The translations under genes and the position numbers were made by a program. The notes under the pieces were generated by a model, which was not told the origin of the DNA, ran no database searches, and was given only the letters and a program-made list of their open reading frames with translations. Below, piece after piece: positions 8,275-17,204 of a stretch of DNA of 64,000 nucleotides. This DNA is from Solirubrobacterales bacterium. GTDB lineage: Bacteria > Actinomycetota > Thermoleophilia > Solirubrobacterales > 70-9. The stretch lies in assembly GCA_020438445.1 (NCBI GenBank), contig JAGQUO010000001.1:2491-66490 (forward strand), given 5' to 3'. Numbering within the stretch: position 1 is the stretch's first letter; every line of letters starts with the position of its first letter.

Positions 8275-9567
8275 TCAGCAGGGGGTGGTCTCGGGCCCCG
8301 GTTCGACGACCTCGAACGCCGCGCCCGGAATCGCCTTGAGCTGGTCGAGGTCTCCGTCGTCCCAGCGCCGGTCGGTGGATCCGGAGATGTACCAGTTCGA
8401 CCCGTTGTCGGCGACGATCAGCCCGTAGCGCTTCATCGCCACGGCGATGACGCGGGCAGCGCCGCTCAGCCCCGAGATGTCATAGCCGCCGGAGAGACGG
8501 AGCCGGAGGCCCATCGGCGGGCGGTCGGCGCTGCACGAGTCGGATGCGTAGTGGGTGGCGGGGGACACGAACCCCCGTCGCGTCCGCTCGAAGGTGACCC
8601 GAATGGCATGGTCGATCTCGCCGCTTGCCACCTCCTCGTAGGTGACGAGGCCGGGGTAGATCGGCAGTCCGGCGGCGTCGGCCGAGGTCCAGCCCCCGGG
8701 CCGCTGGCCGGTGAGGGGGGAGCCGAGATCGAAGACGGCGCCGGAGTCGGCGCTCCATGCGCCTCGGGGCCCGCTGCGCTCGCGGGCCCGGTAGAGCTCG
8801 AACAGCGAGCACGACCCGCCCGGGCTCTCCGGGCGGCGGACGACGAGGACGTGGCGATCGCCGTCGCTGCGCGGGCCGCCCTCGATCGGCGCGCCCGGCG
8901 GCACCGGGTACGGGCCCGGGTCGCTCTCGTCGCCGTAGGCGCCGAACCGGACCGGAACCTGCGGCTGAGCCGCCGGAACCACGACCCACGGGATCCCATA
9001 GGTGGGGTCGGAGCCGAAATCGGGGTGGAGGAAGTCGCCTCCGTCCGCATCGATCCGGGCGATGATCTGCTCTGAGCCGGCCGCCACCGGAGCCGCTGAT
9101 ACGTCGCGGTTGAAGCCCTCGCCCTCCGGGAAGGTCTCGCACCCCGGGTCCGGATGGGCGCCGGTGAACGGCGCGAGCAGGGTCGCGGTCCTGACCCGAT
9201 TGCTCCAGGGCCGGCACGCCCGACCCCCGCACCGCGCCACCTCGGCTTCGTAGGGCGTCCCGCGTTCGAGCCTGCGCAGCCGGGCCCGCCGCGGCCCTCG
9301 CAGCGTCCGCCTGGCCCACGCCTCGCCCGGGCTCCGGTAGCGGATCGACCACCGCGCCCTCCGCTCGGAAGCGCTCCAGCGCAGGTCGATCGACCGCGGG
9401 GCGACGGAGCTCACCTCCAGCCTCGGCGGCTTCGCGGCGTCTGCGGGGACGGCTCCCGCCGACGCGACGGCGACCGCGACGGCGATCGCTGCTCTCATCG
9501 GGCGCATCGGAGAGCTGATCGGCCTCGAACGCAGCCCACTTGAGCGTCTGACGAGGAGACCGATCAT
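8275..9567 (-). CDS. secreted protein with an N-terminal fibronectin type III-like domain and an uncharacterised conserved C-terminal domain
   Basis: Signal peptide MRPMRAAIAVAVAVASAGAVPADA (alternative starts at 9507 and 9498). FN3-like segment LEVSSVAPRSIDLRWSA...GTPYEAEV. The C-terminal ~300 aa has no family I can name. Confidence 0.6.
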   Translation of the reverse strand: MIGLLVRRSSGLRSRPISSPMRPMRAAIAVAVAVASAGAVPADAAKPPRLEVSSVAPRSIDLRWSASERRARWSIRYRSPGEAWARRTLRGPRRARLRRLERGTPYEAEVARCGGRACRPWSNRVRTATLLAPFTGAHPDPGCETFPEGEGFNRDVSAAPVAAGSEQIIARIDADGGDFLHPDFGSDPTYGIPWVVVPAAQPQVPVRFGAYGDESDPGPYPVPPGAPIEGGPRSDGDRHVLVVRRPESPGGSCSLFELYRARERSGPRGAWSADSGAVFDLGSPLTGQRPGGWTSADAAGLPIYPGLVTYEEVASGEIDHAIRVTFERTRRGFVSPATHYASDSCSADRPPMGLRLRLSGGYDISGLSGAARVIAVAMKRYGLIVADNGSNWYISGSTDRRWDDGDLDQLKAIPGAAFEVVEPGPETTPC

Positions 9568-9584
9568 CTAGCCTGATCGGGGCA

Positions 9585-10505
9585 ATGCCCATGGTCGGCA
9601 CCCTCGACTCGGCCATCGCCGAATGGCTTCCCCCGCTGTCGCTGATCGCCATCGCGACGGCCTACGCGATCCGCATGATCAGGCTCGGCGATCAGGGGCG
9701 CCCGGTTCCGCGCTGGCGACAGGCGTTCTTCCTCGCCGGCCTGCTGACACTGGCGGTGGCCTACGTCTCGCCGATCGACGACCTCTCCGACGAGCTCCTG
9801 ACCTGGCACATGATCCAGCACCTGCTGATCATGGACGTCGCCGCGCTCTTCTTCGTCCTCGGGCTGACCGGTCCGCTGATGCAGCCGCTGCTGACGATGA
9901 GGGGGTTCCGCTGGCTCCGGCACCTCGGAAATCCGCTCTACGCGCTGATCCTGTGGACGATCCTGCTCTACGCCTGGCACATCCCCGGCCTGTACGAGGC
10001 CGCGACGTTCGACAGCAACCTCGTCCATGGGCTCCAGCATCTCTGCTTCTTCTTCGCCGGGGTCGCCTTCTGGATGTCGCTGCTCGGGCCGCTGCCGAAG
10101 CCCGCGTGGTTCAACGGCGCATTCAGCGCCGGGTTCGTCTTCGCGGTCAGGCTGATCGGGGCCGTGCTCGCGAACATCCTGATGTGGTCGGGGTCGGTGA
10201 TCTACACGCGCTACTCGAGCGGCGAGGTGGCGCACGGAACCACGGGGCTCGCCGACCAGGGCATGGCGGGCGTCGTGATGATGGCGGAGAGCACCGTGAT
10301 CACACTCGCGATCCTGAGCTGGCTGATCCTGCGCTGGGCCAAGCACGACACCGAGCGGCAGGAGCTCATCGACCTCGCCGCCTCGCGCGGTGTCGAGCTC
10401 GACCCGGCCCGGGCTGCCCGGGCCGTCAACGCCGGTCAGGGTCAGCGTCTGCGTGAGCGGATCGAGTCCGGCTCGATGCACTCGGAGCTGAGCGGCCGCG
10501 CTTGA
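9585..10505 (+). CDS. cytochrome c oxidase assembly protein, CtaG (Bacillus-type, Caa3_CtaG) family membrane protein
   Basis: About 7 predicted TM helices and a conserved WHMIQHLLIMDVAALFFVLG region. Confidence 0.65.
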   Translation: MPMVGTLDSAIAEWLPPLSLIAIATAYAIRMIRLGDQGRPVPRWRQAFFLAGLLTLAVAYVSPIDDLSDELLTWHMIQHLLIMDVAALFFVLGLTGPLMQPLLTMRGFRWLRHLGNPLYALILWTILLYAWHIPGLYEAATFDSNLVHGLQHLCFFFAGVAFWMSLLGPLPKPAWFNGAFSAGFVFAVRLIGAVLANILMWSGSVIYTRYSSGEVAHGTTGLADQGMAGVVMMAESTVITLAILSWLILRWAKHDTERQELIDLAASRGVELDPARAARAVNAGQGQRLRERIESGSMHSELSGRA

Positions 10506-11992
10506 ACAGGCTCCGCTACCTCTACGTGCTGGTCTTCGTGGTCGGCACCGGCTCGCTGGGAGCCGAGATCGCCGTCGCTCGGCTGATGGCGCCGTTCTTC
10601 GGCGCGTCGACGATCGTCTGGGCCAACACGATCGGAGTCGTCCTCGTCGCCCTCTCGCTCGGGTACTGGCTCGGGGGCCGGCTCGCCGACCGCAGCCCGT
10701 CGATCGGGGGCCTCTGCAAGATGGTCCTGCTCGCCGCCGTCCTGCTCGCCGCCGTCCCGTTCGTGGCGAGGCCCTTCTTCGACATCTCGGTCGACGCTCT
10801 GGACTCGATCTCCGCCGGCGCGTTCGCGGGTTCGCTGCTCGCCGTCCTCGCCCTGATCGCGATCCCGGTGCTCCTGCTCGGGGCCGCCTCGCCCTACGCG
10901 CTGCGGCTCGCGGTCCCCGACGTCGAGCACGCCGGCCGGGTGGCCGGGCGCCTCTACGCGATCTCGACGGCCGGCTCATTGGCGGGGACGATGCTGTCCT
11001 CGCTCGTGCTGATCCCGTTCGTCGGGACCCAGCGCACATTCCTCGTCTTCGCGTTCGCGATCGGCCTGACCGCCGTCGCCGGGCTCGGCCTCAGGTTCGC
11101 GCCCGCGGCGGCGCTGCTGGCCGCCGCGGTCGCAATCCCGGTCGGGACCGTGAAGGGGTCCGACGACGGTGAGGTCATCTACGAGACCGACACCGAGACG
11201 CAGTACGCGCAGGTGGTCGAGGAGCCCGACGGGGATCGCATCCTGCAGCTCAACGAGGGGCAGGCGATCCACTCGCTCTACAAGCCCGGCTCGTACCTGA
11301 CGGGTCGCTACTGGGACGGGCTGATCGTGATGCCGTTCGCCGCACTCGGGCACCCGCCCGATCGGGTTGCGATCCTCGGCAACGCGGCCGGCACGGCGGC
11401 GCGGATGTACGGCCACTACTTCCCCGAGGCGCGCGTCGACGGAGTCGAGATCGACGGCGAGCTGACCGACATCGGCCGCCGGTACTTCGACCTCGAGGGC
11501 CCCGACCTCCACACCTACACCGACGACGCCCGACCCTGGCTGCGCCGCTCCGGGGGTGATTACGACGTGATCGTCGTGGACGCCTACCGCCAGCCCTACA
11601 TCCCGTTCTATCTGGCGACCCGTGAGTTCTTCGAGCTCGTCCGCGACCGCCTCGCCCCGGGAGGCGCAGTGGTCGTCAACGTCGGTCACCCGGAGGACAA
11701 CGACGACCTCGAGAAGGCGATCTCGGCGACCATGGGCGACGTCTTCCCAACCGTGATCCGCGATCCCCTCGAGGACTCGAACACGCTCGTGCTCGGCAGC
11801 GAGACGCCGGCCTCGCCCGAGCGGTTGCTCGCGTCGATCGCGGTGCTGCCGGACGACCTCAAGAACCTCGCCGCGATCGAGGCGCAGCGGATCGGTCCGA
11901 TGCTGACCGGCGGACCCGTCTACACCGACGACAGGGCGCCGGTCGAGTGGCTGATCGACAAGTCGATCCTCGGCTACGCGGGCGAGCAGTAG
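10502..11992 (+). CDS. fused membrane domain / spermidine synthase-like methyltransferase-fold protein
   Basis: N-terminal ~200 aa multi-TM region (FFGASTIVWANTIGVVLVALSLGYWLGG). The C-terminal AdoMet-MTase/spermidine synthase fold has ILGNAAGT and YDVIVVDAYRQPYIPFYLATREFF. The TTG start overlaps the upstream stop. Confidence 0.7.
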   Translation: MNRLRYLYVLVFVVGTGSLGAEIAVARLMAPFFGASTIVWANTIGVVLVALSLGYWLGGRLADRSPSIGGLCKMVLLAAVLLAAVPFVARPFFDISVDALDSISAGAFAGSLLAVLALIAIPVLLLGAASPYALRLAVPDVEHAGRVAGRLYAISTAGSLAGTMLSSLVLIPFVGTQRTFLVFAFAIGLTAVAGLGLRFAPAAALLAAAVAIPVGTVKGSDDGEVIYETDTETQYAQVVEEPDGDRILQLNEGQAIHSLYKPGSYLTGRYWDGLIVMPFAALGHPPDRVAILGNAAGTAARMYGHYFPEARVDGVEIDGELTDIGRRYFDLEGPDLHTYTDDARPWLRRSGGDYDVIVVDAYRQPYIPFYLATREFFELVRDRLAPGGAVVVNVGHPEDNDDLEKAISATMGDVFPTVIRDPLEDSNTLVLGSETPASPERLLASIAVLPDDLKNLAAIEAQRIGPMLTGGPVYTDDRAPVEWLIDKSILGYAGEQ

Positions 11993-12082
11993 CGCCGGGG
12001 CGGACCGAGGTCGCGTCCGTGAAGGCGCGACCGCCGGCAGGAGGGGCGGGACGGATCCCGAAACCCGAAACCGGGTGAAGCC

Positions 12083-13057
12083 GTGATCGTCGATTGCGCT
12101 CAGTACCGGGACGGCGTCCGCCGGGATGCCGGCCCGCTCGACATCGAGACCGCCGCCGAGAGGGCGAAGGCAGGGGACGGATTCGTCTGGCTCGGCCTCA
12201 GCGATCCCACCGACGACGAGCTCCGGCGCGCCGCCGAGGCGTTCGGGCTGCACGAGCTCGCGATCGAGGACTCCCACCACAAGCACCAGCGCCCCAAGCT
12301 CGAGGACTACGACGGCTCCTACTTCGTCGTGCTCAAGACCGCGCACTACGACGACGAGCGGGAGGAGGTCGACTTCGGCGAGATCAACCTGTTCCTCGGC
12401 TCCGGCTACGTGATCGCGATCCGGCACGGAGACGCGAGTGATCTGCGGCCCGCCCGGCGGCGCCTGGAGGCTCGCCCCGATCTGATCGCCGCCGGCCCGG
12501 CGGCGGCCGCGTGGGCGATCCTCGACAAGGTGGTCGACGACTACGAGCCGGTCGCGGCCGGGATCGACAACGACATCGCCGAGGTCGAGGGAGAGGTGTT
12601 CGCGACCCGCGACGTCGACGCGACCCAGCGCATCTACTTCCTCCGTCGCGAGGTGATCGAGTTCCACCGCGCGGTCCAACCGCTCGTCGGGCCGCTCGAG
12701 GCGCTGGAGCAGGGAATCGTCGCCGACCTCGACGAGCAGATCCGGCGCTACTTCCGCGATGTCGCCGATCACGCCCGCAGGATCGACGAGCAGCTGCACG
12801 ACCAGCGGGATCTGCTGACCGGTGCCCTGGATGCCAATCTCGCCCTGATCGGGCTGCGACAGAACGAGGTCGTCAGGGCGATCTCCGCCTGGGCGGCGAT
12901 CATCGCACTGCCGACGTTCATCGCCAGCGTCTACGGCATGAACTTCGACGACATGCCGGAGCTCCACTCCGAGATCGGCTACCCGTTGGCCCTGCTGGCG
13001 ATGGCGGTCGTGGTGGCCGTCATGTACCGCTTCTTCAAGCGGATCCGCTGGCTCTGA
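12083..13057 (+). CDS. corA: magnesium/cobalt transporter CorA
   Basis: YGMNFDDMPEL (GMN motif) between two C-terminal TM helices, with a typical N-terminal cytoplasmic domain. GTG start. Confidence 0.9.
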   Translation: MIVDCAQYRDGVRRDAGPLDIETAAERAKAGDGFVWLGLSDPTDDELRRAAEAFGLHELAIEDSHHKHQRPKLEDYDGSYFVVLKTAHYDDEREEVDFGEINLFLGSGYVIAIRHGDASDLRPARRRLEARPDLIAAGPAAAAWAILDKVVDDYEPVAAGIDNDIAEVEGEVFATRDVDATQRIYFLRREVIEFHRAVQPLVGPLEALEQGIVADLDEQIRRYFRDVADHARRIDEQLHDQRDLLTGALDANLALIGLRQNEVVRAISAWAAIIALPTFIASVYGMNFDDMPELHSEIGYPLALLAMAVVVAVMYRFFKRIRWL

Positions 13058-13209
13058 GCGTCCCGCCCCGGGGGCTCAGCGGGACGGGGGAGCTTCGGAC
13101 CCTCGGCGGAGGGACCGCCGGAGGACCGCTCCGAGGTCGATCGCGAACGCGAGACCACGGCCGGCGGGCCCGCTGACCGTCCGGGCGAGGACGCGGTCGG
13201 CTGCGCTCA

Positions 13210-14364
13210 TCAGGCGGCCGTCATCACGAGGTCGCGGTCGGGGTTCACGCCCCAGCGCTCGCCGGCGGCGACGAGCTCGGGGTTCAGCGGCCACGAGTCC
13301 GCCACCGGCTCGCCCTCGTGGGCGGGCGTCGCCCCCTTCAGCGCCATGCAGCCGTGATTGTCGCCGATCCCCCGGATCGTCTCGACGTCGGCTTCGGTCA
13401 GCGCCTGCTCGGGAAGCGCCGCCAGCTCGGCCCGCTTATCCTCCACCGGCCGGGCGCCGGGCCCCGCCTCCTGGACGATGGTCGGGACCACGCAGCGCAC
13501 GGCCGGGTGGGCGAGGTTCCACTGGCAGGCGAGCTGCAGCGGCGTCAGCCCGCGCCGCTCCGCGAGCGGAACCATGTCGGCGATCTTCGCGTTGCCGGCT
13601 TCGATCCAGCCGGCCGGCCGGAACCGCCGGTGGTCGTGGGGCGGGAAGGTCTCGATGTCGGTCACGTCACCCCAGAACAGGCCGCCGTGATCGACGACCC
13701 TCGTGATGACGCCGATCTCGGCGGCCTCGGCGGCGGCGAGGACCATCTCACCCGGCCAGGGCTCGAGCGGGTTGAGGATGATCATCGCCCAGTCGATCCG
13801 ATCGCCGAAGCGGTCGAAGCAGTCGAGCATGTCCAGCGTGAAGCCGTTCGCTGGGCCGGGGGCGACGCCGATCGCCGAAGCGGTCCCGTCCTCCTTCAGC
13901 GCCGCCATCCCGTCCCAGACGACCTCCGAGGTGTAGCCGGTGTGATCGGGGTTGTGCAGCAGCAGGAGGTCGAAGCGATCCTGGCCGAGACGTTCGAGGC
14001 TGGCCTCGGCCGCCATGCGCAGGTAGCCGGCGTACTCACCCGGGCCGCGCAGGCGCGGGTCCGTGAACCGCGGGAATCCCTTCGGGCCGACGCGCTCACC
14101 CTCGTAGAAGTCGTGACCGACCGCGCCCACGAGCGAATAGGAGCCACGGTCGACGCCGGCGATGGCGCGGCCGAGAAGCCGGTCGGCGTCGCCCTGGCCG
14201 TAGGTGTCTGCCGTGATCGCGGTGTCGATCCCGTCCCCCGGGCGGAGGACCGCCGCGAGCCGGTCCTCGTCCACCTTCTCACCGAAGTTCATGAAGCGGC
14301 CGCCGCTCCAGGTGCCCACCCCGGTCCGACCGGGCGCGACGCCGCCGTTCTGGTTGCTGCTCAT
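13210..14364 (-). CDS. aldo/keto reductase family oxidoreductase
   Basis: GIDTAITADTYGQGDADRLLG and LLLHNPD are typical AKR signatures. About 380 aa. Confidence 0.8.
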   Translation of the reverse strand: MSSNQNGGVAPGRTGVGTWSGGRFMNFGEKVDEDRLAAVLRPGDGIDTAITADTYGQGDADRLLGRAIAGVDRGSYSLVGAVGHDFYEGERVGPKGFPRFTDPRLRGPGEYAGYLRMAAEASLERLGQDRFDLLLLHNPDHTGYTSEVVWDGMAALKEDGTASAIGVAPGPANGFTLDMLDCFDRFGDRIDWAMIILNPLEPWPGEMVLAAAEAAEIGVITRVVDHGGLFWGDVTDIETFPPHDHRRFRPAGWIEAGNAKIADMVPLAERRGLTPLQLACQWNLAHPAVRCVVPTIVQEAGPGARPVEDKRAELAALPEQALTEADVETIRGIGDNHGCMALKGATPAHEGEPVADSWPLNPELVAAGERWGVNPDRDLVMTAA

Positions 14365-14428
14365 GGCCGAACGGTACCCCCTCGGAACGCGAAGAGGAGG
14401 GCCGCAAGCGGGTCGGTCTTCCTGTCTC

Positions 14429-14434
14429 TAAGGT
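14429..14434 (+). promoter_or_regulatory. candidate -10 element (TAAGGT, TANNNT type) 9 nt upstream of the tig ATG; possible short-leader or leaderless transcript
   Basis: TAAGGT at 14429-14434. No Shine-Dalgarno lies between it and the ATG at 14444. The -35 is weak. Confidence 0.25.
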
Positions 14435-14443
14435 TCCCGCCCG

Positions 14444-15871
14444 ATGGCAGCTCCCCCTGAGATCAAGACCGAAGTGACCGACCTCGCCGAGTCGAAGGTG
14501 AAGATCGCCGCCACCGTCCCTCCCACCGAGGTCGACCGCCTCCTGCAGTCGGCGGCGCGCAGCTTCGCGAGGGAGATGAAGGTGCCCGGCTTCCGCAAGG
14601 GCAAGGTCCCGCCGCAGATCGTCCTGCAGCGGATCGGCCGTGAGGCGGTCATGGAGGAGGCGCTCCGCGAGGGCCTCCCGGAATGGTACGAGCGGGCGCT
14701 GATCAGCTCCGGCGTTGCGCCGGTCGGCGACCCGCAGCTCGACATGCCGGAGCCGCCTGCCGAGGGCGATCCGCTCGAGTTCACGATCGAGGTCGGCGTG
14801 CGACCGTCGGCGCAGCTCGGCGAGTACAGGGGGATCGACGTCCCGAGGCCCGAGCCGGAGGTCCCCGCGGAGGCGATCGATGCCCAGGTCGAGCGGATGC
14901 GCGAGAGCCTGGCGGGACTCGAGGCGGTCGAGCGGGCGGCCGGTGACGGCGACTTCCTTCTCATCGACTACGCCGGCGAGATCGACGGCGAGCCGTTCGA
15001 GGGAGGGGCTTCGACGGATTTCCTGCTCGAGCTCGGCACCGACACCCTGATCGAGGGCTTCAACGAGCAGCTGACCGGGGCCGAGGCGGGCGAGACCCGC
15101 ACCGTCGAGGTCACCTTCCCGGAGGACTACCACGCCGAGCACCTGTCGGGAAGGGACGCGAGCTTCGAGGTCGCGGTCAAGGAGGTGCGGGAGAAGAGGC
15201 TCCCCGACCTCGACGACGATTTCGCCGCCGACAACTCCGACTTCGACTCGCTCGAGGAGCTGCGGGCCGACATCGAGTCCCGCCTGCTGCACCAGGCCGA
15301 GCACCAGGCCGAGCACGAGTTCCAGGACGCGGCACTCGACGCGGCGGTCGCCAACGCCGAGATCGAGGTCCCCGAGGAGATCGTGCAGGCCCGGGCGCTC
15401 GAGATGTGGGAGCGGGTCGAGCGCACGCTCCAGCAACGCGGCATGGACCCGGCGATGTATCTGCAGATGCAGGGCAAGGAGCGCGACGAGGCGATCGCCG
15501 AATCGCGTGGCGAGGCCGAGGCCGGGCTCAAGCGCGAGGCCGTGCTGGCGGCCGTCGCCGCTGCCGAGGACATCGAGGTGTCGGAGGAGGAGCTGCTCGA
15601 GGCGCTGGCTCCGCCGGCCGGAGAGAAGGGCAAGCCCGAGAAGCTCCTGAAGCGGATCCGCAGCGAGGGCCGGGACCAGCTCCTCGTCGAGGAGATCCGG
15701 ATGCGGAAGGCGGGCGAGCTGATCGTCGCGGAGGCGAATCCGGTCCCGGCCGGCGATGACGCCGCCGCGAGCGCGAGCGATCCGGAATCGGGCGAGAAGC
15801 TCTGGACTCCGGAGGGTGAGGGTAAGGCCCCCACCGGGGAGCTCTGGACTCCCGGCGACGAGAAGGACTGA
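14444..15871 (+). CDS. tig: trigger factor
   Basis: Ribosome-binding signature KVPGFRKGKVP, an FKBP-type PPIase middle domain and a C-terminal arm domain. Acidic/Gly-rich C-terminal tail. Confidence 0.95.
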   Translation: MAAPPEIKTEVTDLAESKVKIAATVPPTEVDRLLQSAARSFAREMKVPGFRKGKVPPQIVLQRIGREAVMEEALREGLPEWYERALISSGVAPVGDPQLDMPEPPAEGDPLEFTIEVGVRPSAQLGEYRGIDVPRPEPEVPAEAIDAQVERMRESLAGLEAVERAAGDGDFLLIDYAGEIDGEPFEGGASTDFLLELGTDTLIEGFNEQLTGAEAGETRTVEVTFPEDYHAEHLSGRDASFEVAVKEVREKRLPDLDDDFAADNSDFDSLEELRADIESRLLHQAEHQAEHEFQDAALDAAVANAEIEVPEEIVQARALEMWERVERTLQQRGMDPAMYLQMQGKERDEAIAESRGEAEAGLKREAVLAAVAAAEDIEVSEEELLEALAPPAGEKGKPEKLLKRIRSEGRDQLLVEEIRMRKAGELIVAEANPVPAGDDAAASASDPESGEKLWTPEGEGKAPTGELWTPGDEKD

Positions 15872-15876
15872 CCGGC

Positions 15877-15904
15877 CCGAGGGCCCGCCGCGGCGGGCCC
15901 TCGG
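15877..15904. terminator. GC-rich perfect hairpin between convergent genes (candidate bidirectional terminator, no U-tract)
   Basis: CCGAGGGCCCGC-cgcg-GCGGGCCCTCGG: a 12-bp perfect stem, 6 nt after the tig stop and 14 nt after the stop of the minus-strand gene. Confidence 0.5.
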
Positions 15905-15917
15905 CGATCGCCGCCCC

Positions 15918-16370
15918 CTACTTGGCGGTCTTGAACTTCTGGCCCGGGACCTTGCAGACCTTGTTGTTGAGGTCGAAGCGGTTCGTCTTGATCGTCCCGG
16001 CGACGACCTTGCCGTGCTTCTTGACCTTGCCCTGGAGCTTGATCTTCAGGCCGATCGAGTCGTCGATCAGGACCGCGTTGAACCGGTTCGAGGAATTGAC
16101 CATGATCGGATCCAGCGCCGAATAGCTGAAGCGCTTGTTGACCCGGCCGTTCTTGGCCTCGCAGCGCGTCAGGACGTTCTTGGCCGAGTAGCCCGAGATC
16201 TTCTCTGGGTCGCCGCCGCTCACCTTCACGCGGAGCTTCACGAAGGTGGCGTTGTCGCCGACGATCTGCCCGGTCTGCTTGATCGTCTTCGACCCCGCGA
16301 GCGCCGAACCCGCGAATGCGAGCGAGGCGGCGAGCACGAGGAGGATGGCGGTCGTGGTCGTTCTCTTCAC
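15918..16370 (-). CDS. small secreted Lys-rich hypothetical protein
   Basis: GTG start preceded by GGAAGGGAGA. Signal peptide MKRTTTTAILLVLAASLAFAGSALA. The mature ~125 aa has about 20 Lys and two Cys. Third codon positions stay G/C-rich. No recognisable family. Confidence 0.65.
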   Translation of the reverse strand: MKRTTTTAILLVLAASLAFAGSALAGSKTIKQTGQIVGDNATFVKLRVKVSGGDPEKISGYSAKNVLTRCEAKNGRVNKRFSYSALDPIMVNSSNRFNAVLIDDSIGLKIKLQGKVKKHGKVVAGTIKTNRFDLNNKVCKVPGQKFKTAK

Positions 16371-16577
16371 TGTTTCTCCCTTCCAGGGCCGGCCGTGGGC
16401 CGGGCCACAGAACCTTGTCGTGTTCTCGTTGTATTGGCCTTAACTCGCGACGGCGCCCGCGGTTGCGCAGGTCGCCCTCCAATCGGTCTCCTCTCCGGCC
16501 CGTTCGGCACGGTAGCAGCGGTTTGGCCGTCCCACGCCGGATGGCCCGCCGGTCGGCTTCTATAGACTGCCGCGCCG

Positions 16578-17204
16578 ATGAGCCCGATGGTCCCGATGGT
16601 GGTCGAGCAGACCTCGCGCGGCGAGCGCGCATTCGACATCTACTCGCGCCTGCTCAACGAGCGGATCATCTTCCTCGGGACGCCGGTGACCGACGACATC
16701 GCGAACCTGATCGTCGCCCAGCTCATCCATCTCGAGTCCGAGGATCCGGACAAGGACATCTCGCTCTACATCAACTCGCCCGGTGGGATCGTCTACTCGG
16801 GCCTGGCGATCTACGACACGATGCAGTTCGTCCACTGCGACGTGCAGACGATCTGCTTCGGCGTCGCGATGTCGATGGGGTCGCTGATCCTGGCCGGCGG
16901 GACGGCGGGAAAGCGAATGGCGCTGCCGAACTCGAGGATCCTGAACCACCAGCCGTCGGGAGGCTTCGAAGGGCAGTCGACGGACATCGAGATCCACGCG
17001 CGCGAGACGCTCGCCCTCCGGCAGCGGCTCGAGGAGATCTACTCGAAGCACACGGGCCAGACCGTCGAGCAGATCCACGACGACATGGAGCGGGACCGTT
17101 TCTTCACCGCCGAGGAGGCCCGTGAGTACGGGCTCATCGACCACGTGATGACGGATCGCGACACGTTGCTTCCGGCCGGCGGCTCGCCGAACGGCGCCGA
17201 CTAG
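16578..17204 (+). CDS. clpP: ATP-dependent Clp protease proteolytic subunit
   Basis: [25 protein letters not shown], the catalytic Ser context GVAMSMGS and HQP. Confidence 0.95.
   Translation: MSPMVPMVVEQTSRGERAFDIYSRLLNERIIFLGTPVTDDIANLIVAQLIHLESEDPDKDISLYINSPGGIVYSGLAIYDTMQFVHCDVQTICFGVAMSMGSLILAGGTAGKRMALPNSRILNHQPSGGFEGQSTDIEIHARETLALRQRLEEIYSKHTGQTVEQIHDDMERDRFFTAEEAREYGLIDHVMTDRDTLLPAGGSPNGAD

Noticed and set aside
13059-13086. Hairpin CGTCCCGC-12 nt-GCGGGACG after corA, considered as a terminator.
   Set aside because: It has an 8-bp stem with a large loop and no U-tract on either strand. That is too weak to call, though it may still act as a terminator in a GC-rich organism.
15918-16370. 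Local GC dip, as possible evidence of horizontal transfer or a mobile element.
   Set aside because: Third codon positions remain G/C-rich (AAG, AAC, ATC, GTC). The dip is explained by Lys/Asn/Ile-rich protein composition. There are no flanking repeats, integrase or tRNA.
16371-16577. ClgR/CtsR/HrcA-type operator upstream of clpP.
   Set aside because: I found no convincing CGC-N5-GCG ClgR-like palindrome, CtsR direct repeat or CIRCE element. A TATAGA hexamer near 16561 is the only promoter-like feature, and it has no supporting -35.
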